This document shows, in pieces, positions 53,601 to 61,966 of a stretch of DNA of 64,000 nucleotides. Origin of the DNA: a virus. How positions within the stretch are numbered: the first letter of the stretch is position 1; each line of letters starts with the position of its first letter. The position numbers and the translations under genes are program-made. Under the pieces are notes generated by a model. That model was not told the DNA's origin. It made no database searches and saw only the letters and a list, made by a program, of their open reading frames with translations. The stretch covers positions 37,448-101,447 of the IMG/VR virus record IMGVR_UViG_3300045988_023742; one strand, given 5' to 3'.

Positions 53601-54135
53601 CTATATTACAGCAGCTAATAAAGTAGATAGTACTATTGACATTATGGGTGCTATGGAGGATAGCTTATCTAGAAAGCCTGTTATACAAGTTACAAGTGCT
53701 AAGGATGTTCAAACCAATGACTATGCTAGATATGAAGTAGTAGATAAAATTACTGCTCCTACTTATGTAATGTCTCAAGCTACTGGTTACAAACTAGTAT
53801 CAAATAAGGAGCAACCATCAGGAAATGCTTATACAATACCTTGGTTGATGGCTTACTTTAAAGCTAGTACAAATGCTAGTAGTCCTACTGAAAATGTAGC
53901 TCAGCATAAACCTATGTACATTAGATATGATGTTACTCCTACTGAAATCAAGGTTACAGCAACACAAGTAGAGAATGTGTGGAATGTAAATACTGAGAAT
54001 AATACAAAATCTCTTGATATGAATAAACAGCTATCTGATTTAAGTATAACTAAGATGACACTTAGTACTACTTCAAATGAAGATATTGCTGCATATAATA
54101 TAACTGATATAAAATCTTACACAATAACTTTGTGA
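50692..54135 (+). CDS. large virion protein with C-terminal calcineurin-like metallophosphoesterase motifs
   Basis: NTGDITQSGN, IGNNDL, YMHEMP and GGHKHTY follow the GD / GNxD / H / GHxH order. Confidence 0.4.
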   Translation: MALFITNEDLERIKQYLIENGIKDSQFEEQSQIRGDDWITLVGTEGNKKLKMKTLLNLIIKEGQHDFNKSGVMVVDTLIELENFDAKIYGNLVYVRETDSYYSYSKTGQWEQILKVYVGHEEPKDPNVLWIDLEDDTTLSASADNEVLELQKQVQELTLKVKDISRLVTTGIVPGDVKHSYRRAIMSTAEPIKPDDAEGGEEEDDSEWKPDTEVSEPTVFHNAAKQDTSINFAQNKQDLVDGEMLFYTDKKKFVIYYGGKFYAASSGGNTGGGSGVTAEELQDLALDHMTFACGTKQFRARCNSDGIWTVTEYNAEETAPGSPLASWGVYIEHLLCINSVFCGGEGSEEALVSHNFVELANGSKEDINLKGLYLLYTDGSRENASDIGYIWKVLPLEGVIKAGSTFLIRGNQCNTLKSSMIKVDSSDMEWDISFNQGNSSFYLCAGIGFQELLDNNTLGNPWVKNQVKVGYIDSCGFGEGSVGEGSKQFLVDSDWNKVLFVRWFMLEPAKQGNKAYAARQTTALWTYIDLERQSTREGNSVQYYYPDYMKERFAPMASTKGKTFFTNKTTFNPRQANYLNTTFGIQATDNGNGATRCFNWVSVGYYDEYVEIRKKGISDWTRHYSITEKNSSNTATINKFIEHYKRLRWIASDGTIVTTHKCIVSGLTKGDYEYRVGRDDDPYYVNEPLEFKVLANSDVTSFTYAQVTDQQGFNWAEYQAWKKSAMMLSREEPDIQFTVNTGDITQSGNRVSEWLDYYDGRKSLNNLVEMFSIGNNDLCGHNATELTDGEDATSKYNHINVLRYFTFELDPDNTYEVEWNGVKYPIYSLYSFNYGDFHFVSLNSEIAIASSKMYKDWSSDTYAGDRTFAEAANAQIEAWFIKDLQKWSGKDTPTDCAKCIVYMHEMPFTIVTYDFMQGSGSRAGSHLNTLNANGNYRFSRLFKKFGIRLVMGGHKHTYCLSKPIYDAPSNYITAANKVDSTIDIMGAMEDSLSRKPVIQVTSAKDVQTNDYARYEVVDKITAPTYVMSQATGYKLVSNKEQPSGNAYTIPWLMAYFKASTNASSPTENVAQHKPMYIRYDVTPTEIKVTATQVENVWNVNTENNTKSLDMNKQLSDLSITKMTLSTTSNEDIAAYNITDIKSYTITL

Positions 54136-54136
54136 T

Positions 54137-57100
54137 ATGAGTAATATAAAGAAACAAAATTCAAATGGTAAATGGGATGTTTTAGCTTCGGGGAAAGCCA
54201 CAGGAATAGCTGTGACTAACCCCAAGCTACTCCAAGAGGGTGAAACTATTGACTCTGTAGATGGAGTTCTTGAGAAGCACCAAGATGCCATTGACAAGTT
54301 ACAGCACAATGTCTCTTGGCTAGCTAAGCATGGAGGTGGAGGCTCAGGAGGCTCTGGTGGTGGAGGTGGTAGTGATGTAACTGAAGCTACTTGTGATATT
54401 ACAGTTAATGACCAATTAACTGGTAGTGATATTCTTATTGATGAGAATGGATTGAAGATTAGTCTTACTAACATTAGTGTAAAGGTTACAAAGCCTTGGA
54501 ATGTAACAGTGAGAATTGGTGCTACCCAAATAGCTTCTACAGTTCTATCTTTTACTGCAAATACATTCTATCTAAGCTTAAGTAAGATTTCTCCTTATCT
54601 TACTAATCATACTGGTAACCTTACTATTGGAGCTTCTTATGAAGATGAGACTAATGGTATATATGGTTCATCTTCATGGTCAGGAACTGTTCTTGAGGCT
54701 GTGGTTAATGTTAAAACTAGTAACTATAGTTTTAACTTAGATAAGCTTGATACTGCTCAATTAGTATATAACTACTCTGTTGGTATTGTAGGAGCTTATA
54801 CAATGACTATTTTAGTTGAAAAGGGAGGAATTGAGCTTGCTAGAAAAGAAATTCCTATTACAGTTAATAGTACTTCAGCTCAGGTTAAAACCATTGACTT
54901 AAGTAATATCATTCCAACAGGAATAGATTCTACTCAAATAGTTGGTGTATATAATATAACTACTACATTGTCCTATGATGTTAATCCACTTGTTCAAGGA
55001 AGTACTAAGAGTACAATTACCATTGTAAGTGATGAGATTCTTATTGCTTCTACTGTAATGAGTGAATCTCAAGATAAGCCTACTGAAGTAAGTCTTAGTG
55101 CATCTATAAATGTAGTATTCACTGCATACCTGCAAGGTGCTACTACTTTTAAGTATAAGCTACAAATAGCTAATACTATTGTCAAGCAAGATACTATAGG
55201 TTATTTTGGAACAGAAGTTAATGAATATCTTCCTGTTAATGGAGATTGGGCTGTAGAAAATGCAGTAGTTCCATTAATTCTAACAGTATCATCAGGTGAA
55301 AGGGTAGTAGAAAAGACATATTACATTAAGTTTGTAAAAGCTACAGATACTTTCTTAAGTGTATCATCTGCATCAAGAGTTCACTTGATAAGCGAAATGT
55401 TAGCTAGAAACTATAATACAGGTGAGTCTAAGTTTAACCTTACAGCAAGTGGCTATGAGCAAGGAGGTAGTAGTTATGATTTAACATCTGTTCTACAAAC
55501 ACTTAATGGAAATAACTTAAGTACTATAACTAAGCTTAGCAATGGTCTTCCATACTTAAGATTAAGTAATAGTGCTTATGCTAGTCTAGGTTCTTTTAAG
55601 TACAATGATAAGACATTTACACTTCCTAATCTTATAGTGACAGATGCCTTTACAATGTCTATATGCTTTAAGGCTGATTATCATCCAGATGATGATAGAA
55701 CTATATTATTCTGTGGTAATACTGATGCTACAACAGGAACTCTTACAAGTGGTATTTCTATTGATGCTCATGATATTTATATCAATAATAGAAGTGTTGC
55801 TAAATTAACTGATGAATCTATTAACTCTGTTGATGTTACTTGTCAGAAAGTAACAGCTAAAGATATAAATGATAAGGGTGAAGAAATTACTTATGATACA
55901 TTTATCATTAAGGTATATGTTGATGGTGTATTAACAGCAGTTACTAAGGAAGCTTCCTTCCCATCTCTATCAGATAGCGTATATTTTGGTGGAAGAATAG
56001 CAGGAAATAAGCCTACATATCTATGTGATTGCAATATCTATAATTTTCAATTATATGATACTGCTCTTACTGATTTTGACATAATGATTAACTATATTAA
56101 TAATAAGGTTAGTACATCTTATATTAATAACCAACCTAACTTCTCAATTATAACAGAAGAGTTAAAAACTAATTTCTGTGAAAGAGCAAGTAATGGTTCA
56201 GTTACTTCATATATGTTTAAGAATGGTGAATATACTATTGACTTCTTACTTGATGGTAGTTCTCACTTGGATGTAACAAAGCTGAATAACTACGCTAAGG
56301 TATTAGGTATTCCAATTATGTTGATAGATGTTAGTACTGATGCTAACTGGACATTTAATGCCTTTGTTACCCAGCAAACAGCTGGTAATGTATCTCTTCC
56401 AGAGACTTCTGGTAGAACTATTCAATATTGGGACCCTAATGGAGCTAATACATCTATTATTAATATTACTAATGCTTCAGTAAAACTTCAAGGTACTTCT
56501 ACACTATCTGACTCTGTAAAGAACTTGAATATAACAGTTCCTGAAGATACAGTATTTATTCCTAAGGATACTTGGTTCCCTGAACAAACCTATACTCTTA
56601 AAGCTGATGTTGTAGATAGTTCACATAGTAATAATGCAGCTATTGGAGGATTTATTAATGAGAAACTTGGATATGATGAACAGACAGGTGCTTTCTTCCC
56701 ATTTGATAAAAATGCAATAGATAATGTATACACTTCTGACTATAAAAAGAAACAACAGCCTACAGTAACATTAAAGCATACTGTAGAAGGTTTTCCAGTA
56801 TTCTTGATAATGAAGTTTAATACCAATACTTCAAGTACTATCTCAGTTACTCCACTTGGTATTTATTCATTTAATATTGGTAGAGATGCTTATAGAAACT
56901 TAGGTTTTAAAAAGGTCAATAGTATTAGTGATTCTGTTGGTGATGTTCCTGAAATAAAGACATTCCCCTATCTTCTTGAGAGAGCTAGAATTAGTGAAAC
57001 TGACTCTGATGCTAACTGGATTGAAATTAAAGATACTACATCTATAAAGGATTTGATTAAAGTTACCAATGCACTTCCTGAAAACTTTGATTGTTCAAAA

Positions 57101-60100
57101 GGTGACTTTTGGCAAGATGATACATCAATTCTTGATGCTAGATATGAGGTTAGATTTGGTAATAAGACTGTTCCTTCTCAATATGAGAACTTTAAAACCT
57201 TTGTTAAGAATATAATGTCTCTTCCTATTGAAGGATGTAGTACAACAGATGTTCTTGGTAATAGAGACCAAAGTCAGATAACAGGAAGCTATGATAAGTA
57301 TCAAGTAGATAATAAGAGTAATTATACTAAGACAGGATTGAAAAATGAATTTGTTACAGATAGTAACTCATTACCTGCTAACTTAGGATTTAATACTGAT
57401 AGTTTCTACAAATACTTTGTTATTGGCTTATTGTTTGGACTTATTGATAACTTTGGTAAGAATAGTACTTATAGAAGTTGGTTAGGTGGACAATACTATA
57501 TAGACTTCTATGACCTTGACTGTGCTCTTAAGGGTGATAACCAAGGAGACTTATCTGTAACTCCTGACCTTTGGATTAAGTACTTATATAATAGTATTCA
57601 AGAAGGTAAGAACTATGGTTATGTTTGTGAGTCATTTGACCTTAATAAGACTTATATAGGTAATGGTTCTAATAGAAGACAAACAGGTTCTGGAACAGTA
57701 GTTTCTGCTAATCATAATAAGCTATGGCTATCTCTTGATACCCCTTTCTTTAGAGGTTATAGTGGTGATACTAGTAACTCTGTTTATACTAAGTATTGGT
57801 ATCAATTAAGAGAGAAGATGGATGCTCTTGCAAGTGCCGCAGGTTATGATAACTTTGCTGATTACTTTATTGATGAGTTCTATATAAAGCAAACTAAGAG
57901 TTGTGGCCCACTTTTATTTAACTATGACTATAAACTAAAGTATTTACTTCAATTTAGAGGTAATGAGTATAACACTACAAAAGACCTATCTAAATTACAT
58001 GGTAGAAAAATTGCTGTTGCTAGAGATTGGCTAAAGAAGCATATTTCCTTCATGGATAGTTTATTCTATTGGAGAGATAATGGACAGACTCTAAACTTTA
58101 AGAATGACTTGGATAGTAGAGGTTCTAACACTGTTCTTAATACTCCTGAGAGCTTACCAATGGTATCAAATACTCCATTACTTATATATAATAGTGTTGG
58201 TGATTCAGCTAAAACATTCTACTTCATGCAGACTAACATGAAGACCTATGTTAATACAGCTGGCAATAGCTCTAACTCTCCACTTACTTGGAACTTCTCT
58301 AACTCTCCTAATATCATTGAATTTGGTGATTCAGAGACTCCACTTAGTTCTATGAATATTAAGATTCTATCTTCTACTCCTAATAGTAGAAATTTGAATA
58401 GTATTGGTTACCCTTCTATAACTGACCTTCTGTTAGGTAATAATAGGAGTTTTGCTTCTTCATTCAGTTTGGAATCTTTCTCTAAAGCTAAGGTTTCAGA
58501 GTTGAGAACTATAGACTTAAGTAATACTTCTGGTGAGTCATTTACTCTAAATCTTGTAAATACAGCAAGTAACGGTTCTACTTATACTAAGTTTAGCAAG
58601 CTTACTAGTATCAATATTGGTAATAGCTCTTGTGTATCTAACATTACTATTCCAACTATTCCTCTTAATGAGTTAGTATTGGTAAATTCATCAATTACTA
58701 ATTTCAATCTTGCTAATCAGAAGTATATTACAGGTGTTGATTTAACAGGATGTAATAAGCTTAGAACTATAGAAATCAATAAGTGTGATAGCTATAAGGA
58801 ATTAAGAGTTTCTAATCTTGCTAACTTGGAAACTGTAAAGGTAGTAAGTTGTGCTGATATATTAAATATTGTTATTACAAACTGTCCTTTACTTAAAACA
58901 GTTAATATTGAGTATTGTGATAAACTTACTACAATTCAGATTAATAGCTGTGAATCACTTGTTGGTGGAACATCTGATAACTATATCAGAATATCAGATT
59001 GTAATAGCATCAATTCTTTGGATTTAAGCAATAACTTGAATCTCAAGAAAGTATCTATTGATGGCTGTGATAGAGCAAAAATTGAAATCCTTAAGATACA
59101 TCAAACTAATATAACTGACGTGTCTTCAAGTACTAGCTTGAGTGATAATATGAAACTTGACTTGACTGAGTTCTCTCAACTTAAGACATTTACTTGCTAC
59201 TACAATAAGAGTGTTAAGTATATTGCTTTTGCAAATAACCAAAATACTCCTATTCCTATTACAAGTACATTCCAAGAATGTTCTAACCTTGAAAGAATCT
59301 ATGGTTGTGTTGAGTTAAGTAACTCTTCTTATAGTGGAAACTACGGTCTGTTTAGAGGTTGTAGTAAGTTCAGTGTTCATGGAGTTACTACTACAATATG
59401 GAAAGGCAAAAGCATTAAAAAGGGCGCTGTTTGGTGTACTCCTTGGGAGTTACTTAGAGCTAATCCAAGTGAATATAATACAGTAACTTGGGCTGAAACA
59501 TTCACAACAGGTTCTACAGCTACTAATATAAGGTTTGCTAATAGGTCTGGTCAGTTGGAAAGTCTATTTAGAGGTACAGCTTTGACACAGTTTGATGTCT
59601 ATTATATCTTATGTGTTCTAGCCCTATCTAATGTAACTATTAGTCAATCTGCTAACTTTACCTTCAGAGAGATAACTCCTGCTATGTTTGATTGGAGTAC
59701 AGGTAATCAGCCTAATAGATATATGTTCTATGGATGCTCTATGATAACTAGCTTTGGAAACACATTTAGTACAAATGGTTCAACATTCCTATATTCTCCT
59801 ACAGTAGAGAATGGAGTAGTTACTGCTGATGATGGTTTATTTAGTCCTCTTACTAACCTATCTAGTATAGGTTCTATGTTTGGTTCTATAGTTTGTAGCA
59901 AGTACTTATTTCACAGAAAGAATGGTACTTATCCTATTACAGCACTATCTTATGAAAGTGTAAGAAGAATCTATGATTCTGATAAAGAAGGTGAAGTTTA
60001 TTCTAACATGAGTAATACTACATTCTTAATGAACAACTATTCTAAGATAGGTAACTATGATGGATTCTTTGACTATATGCCTAACTTAAGAAGTATATCT

Positions 60101-61867
60101 CACTTTGGTTCAGGTGATTTTATAAACTTCTCTAAATTAGTTATACCTACAACAGTTACACAGGTTCTTGTATCATTTAATTCAAGTAGTGGTCAAGGTA
60201 CAATGGACTTAAGAAAGATATTTACTGCTGGCAGTCAATGCACTAAGATAGTAAATAGCTTTAAGGTTTCATTAAATACAACAGTTGCAAATGTACTAGG
60301 AAAGGTTAAATTTCCTATTGCCAATGATACCTTTACTAACCTTAAGAATCTTGTTTCAGTAGGTTATAATTCTGCTATAGATGGTGGTGGTTCAGAGACA
60401 GAAACTTCATTTATGGGTGATGGTCTTGATAAATATATTGAGGGTAGTACATTCCCAATTAATATAGTTTCTTTATTACCTAATCTAGAGATATTCTCAG
60501 GTTTCTTTAGAGATGTAAGAGGTGACTTATCAAGTCCTCCTACTATCCCTGGAAAGATGTTTGAAAAGAATACTAAGCTTAGAGATGTATCATCCTTGAT
60601 GTATAATACAAGTATACAATTTACCTTAAGTGGTGATGGTTTTAAGAATTGTCCTAACTTAACTAATGTTGCATATTTCTGTTACCATGATGTTACTTCT
60701 AAAACAAGTAATAGAAGTAAGCTTATAGGAAGTATTCCTTATCACATGTTCTATCATGGAACTAATGGTAATGAGAATAAGGTCTTTAGAGGAACCAATC
60801 AGGAAGCTAAACCTGATGAAACATTTAATATGCAGAATCTGTTAAGTGAGACTTTGACCTTCCCAATAATAAGGAGAAATATAACTAATATGACTAGATG
60901 CTTCTATGGTTGTGTTGGTCTTGAATCTTATTCTATGAGTACTCAAGATGTTGAATCTAACCCAGATTATTCTCCATTTAAGTGGATGTATAATGAACAG
61001 AATGACTCTTGGTATGAAGGAACAGATAACAGAAAGGTAGATGCTTCTTGGAGTTATGATGGTGCTTCTTCACAGACTTCTGGTTATAGGTATCTTGATA
61101 CAGGTGCTAGTAGAGTTACAGCTAATGTTCTAGATAAGGTGGAGACTTTACATTATATGTGTCCTCCTGATTTATTTAGATATTGTACAAATCTTAATAG
61201 CACAAAAATACAGGGTGTCTTCGAGAACTGTGGTCTTAACTATTCAGTTAGTGCTGGTGGTTGGATAAATACTAATGAAGGATATTACTCAACAGGTATT
61301 ACAGGTAGGATTCCTCCTTATCTATTAAGACCTTTGTCTAATATTACAGATATTAGTTATATGTTCAAAAACTGTAAGAGACTAAGTTCTTATATGAAAG
61401 ATTCATTGATATATCAAGTTCCAAAGGACTTCTTTAGTTATGCTCCTAAAATTACAAGCCTAGTAGAAACATTCCAAGGATTGGCTTTTATTCCTAATAC
61501 TAACCTAACTGTATTTAGTGCATTAACAAGTGCTCTTGACATTAGATGTATAATGCAATCTTGTATTTGGGGTAAAGATGATGTTACTTGGAATATATCA
61601 GGTATATTTGGAACCAATACTATTGCAAGAATATCAGGTGCTTTCTCCATGAAAGACTTGAACATAAGCAGTAGTGATATACTTGGTGTTTCTGTTCCAG
61701 AGTATAGAACTATTAGTATTCCTAATTCTACTACGATGGGTAGTAACTTTGGAACTAATAGTACTAAGATTCCTGCTCCTACAGCCACAGGTTATGTATA
61801 TTATCTATGGGGAAGTAAGGCTAATGACTCTCTGATAAATGATGAGAATGGTAACTATAATAACTAA
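54137..61867 (+). CDS. giant multidomain tail/host-interaction protein (2576 aa)
   Basis: Gly-rich linker. LamG/ConA-like segment (FTMSICFKAD...VYVDGVL...NIYNFQLYD). CotH-like segment (YYIDFYDLDCAL). Leucine-rich repeats (LTGCNKLRTIEINKCDSYKEL...). Confidence 0.5.
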   Translation: MSNIKKQNSNGKWDVLASGKATGIAVTNPKLLQEGETIDSVDGVLEKHQDAIDKLQHNVSWLAKHGGGGSGGSGGGGGSDVTEATCDITVNDQLTGSDILIDENGLKISLTNISVKVTKPWNVTVRIGATQIASTVLSFTANTFYLSLSKISPYLTNHTGNLTIGASYEDETNGIYGSSSWSGTVLEAVVNVKTSNYSFNLDKLDTAQLVYNYSVGIVGAYTMTILVEKGGIELARKEIPITVNSTSAQVKTIDLSNIIPTGIDSTQIVGVYNITTTLSYDVNPLVQGSTKSTITIVSDEILIASTVMSESQDKPTEVSLSASINVVFTAYLQGATTFKYKLQIANTIVKQDTIGYFGTEVNEYLPVNGDWAVENAVVPLILTVSSGERVVEKTYYIKFVKATDTFLSVSSASRVHLISEMLARNYNTGESKFNLTASGYEQGGSSYDLTSVLQTLNGNNLSTITKLSNGLPYLRLSNSAYASLGSFKYNDKTFTLPNLIVTDAFTMSICFKADYHPDDDRTILFCGNTDATTGTLTSGISIDAHDIYINNRSVAKLTDESINSVDVTCQKVTAKDINDKGEEITYDTFIIKVYVDGVLTAVTKEASFPSLSDSVYFGGRIAGNKPTYLCDCNIYNFQLYDTALTDFDIMINYINNKVSTSYINNQPNFSIITEELKTNFCERASNGSVTSYMFKNGEYTIDFLLDGSSHLDVTKLNNYAKVLGIPIMLIDVSTDANWTFNAFVTQQTAGNVSLPETSGRTIQYWDPNGANTSIINITNASVKLQGTSTLSDSVKNLNITVPEDTVFIPKDTWFPEQTYTLKADVVDSSHSNNAAIGGFINEKLGYDEQTGAFFPFDKNAIDNVYTSDYKKKQQPTVTLKHTVEGFPVFLIMKFNTNTSSTISVTPLGIYSFNIGRDAYRNLGFKKVNSISDSVGDVPEIKTFPYLLERARISETDSDANWIEIKDTTSIKDLIKVTNALPENFDCSKGDFWQDDTSILDARYEVRFGNKTVPSQYENFKTFVKNIMSLPIEGCSTTDVLGNRDQSQITGSYDKYQVDNKSNYTKTGLKNEFVTDSNSLPANLGFNTDSFYKYFVIGLLFGLIDNFGKNSTYRSWLGGQYYIDFYDLDCALKGDNQGDLSVTPDLWIKYLYNSIQEGKNYGYVCESFDLNKTYIGNGSNRRQTGSGTVVSANHNKLWLSLDTPFFRGYSGDTSNSVYTKYWYQLREKMDALASAAGYDNFADYFIDEFYIKQTKSCGPLLFNYDYKLKYLLQFRGNEYNTTKDLSKLHGRKIAVARDWLKKHISFMDSLFYWRDNGQTLNFKNDLDSRGSNTVLNTPESLPMVSNTPLLIYNSVGDSAKTFYFMQTNMKTYVNTAGNSSNSPLTWNFSNSPNIIEFGDSETPLSSMNIKILSSTPNSRNLNSIGYPSITDLLLGNNRSFASSFSLESFSKAKVSELRTIDLSNTSGESFTLNLVNTASNGSTYTKFSKLTSINIGNSSCVSNITIPTIPLNELVLVNSSITNFNLANQKYITGVDLTGCNKLRTIEINKCDSYKELRVSNLANLETVKVVSCADILNIVITNCPLLKTVNIEYCDKLTTIQINSCESLVGGTSDNYIRISDCNSINSLDLSNNLNLKKVSIDGCDRAKIEILKIHQTNITDVSSSTSLSDNMKLDLTEFSQLKTFTCYYNKSVKYIAFANNQNTPIPITSTFQECSNLERIYGCVELSNSSYSGNYGLFRGCSKFSVHGVTTTIWKGKSIKKGAVWCTPWELLRANPSEYNTVTWAETFTTGSTATNIRFANRSGQLESLFRGTALTQFDVYYILCVLALSNVTISQSANFTFREITPAMFDWSTGNQPNRYMFYGCSMITSFGNTFSTNGSTFLYSPTVENGVVTADDGLFSPLTNLSSIGSMFGSIVCSKYLFHRKNGTYPITALSYESVRRIYDSDKEGEVYSNMSNTTFLMNNYSKIGNYDGFFDYMPNLRSISHFGSGDFINFSKLVIPTTVTQVLVSFNSSSGQGTMDLRKIFTAGSQCTKIVNSFKVSLNTTVANVLGKVKFPIANDTFTNLKNLVSVGYNSAIDGGGSETETSFMGDGLDKYIEGSTFPINIVSLLPNLEIFSGFFRDVRGDLSSPPTIPGKMFEKNTKLRDVSSLMYNTSIQFTLSGDGFKNCPNLTNVAYFCYHDVTSKTSNRSKLIGSIPYHMFYHGTNGNENKVFRGTNQEAKPDETFNMQNLLSETLTFPIIRRNITNMTRCFYGCVGLESYSMSTQDVESNPDYSPFKWMYNEQNDSWYEGTDNRKVDASWSYDGASSQTSGYRYLDTGASRVTANVLDKVETLHYMCPPDLFRYCTNLNSTKIQGVFENCGLNYSVSAGGWINTNEGYYSTGITGRIPPYLLRPLSNITDISYMFKNCKRLSSYMKDSLIYQVPKDFFSYAPKITSLVETFQGLAFIPNTNLTVFSALTSALDIRCIMQSCIWGKDDVTWNISGIFGTNTIARISGAFSMKDLNISSSDILGVSVPEYRTISIPNSTTMGSNFGTNSTKIPAPTATGYVYYLWGSKANDSLINDENGNYNN

Positions 61868-61879
61868 GTAATAAGTAAT

Positions 61880-61921
61880 AAAGGAATCCACTTATATTAT
61901 TGTATAGGTGGTTCCTTTTTA
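61880..61921 (+). terminator. rho-independent terminator after 2576-aa gene
   Basis: AAAGGAATCCACTTATA...TATAGGTGGTTCCTTT stem followed by TTTA. Confidence 0.6.
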
Positions 61922-61930
61922 TTACTTTTG
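61899..61930 (+). promoter_or_regulatory. Bacteroidota-type promoter for tail fibre gene
   Basis: TACTTTTG 61923-61930, with ATTG 20 nt upstream. Confidence 0.5.
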
Positions 61931-61966
61931 CAAACTGAAATGTACATAAATTATAATTTATAGTGT

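Noticed and set aside
54073-54474. A 133-aa minus-strand ORF with a PPPPPEPPEPPPP tract.
   Set aside because: It is the antisense reading of the Gly-rich linker (GGGGSGGSGGGGGS) at the start of the 2576-aa gene.
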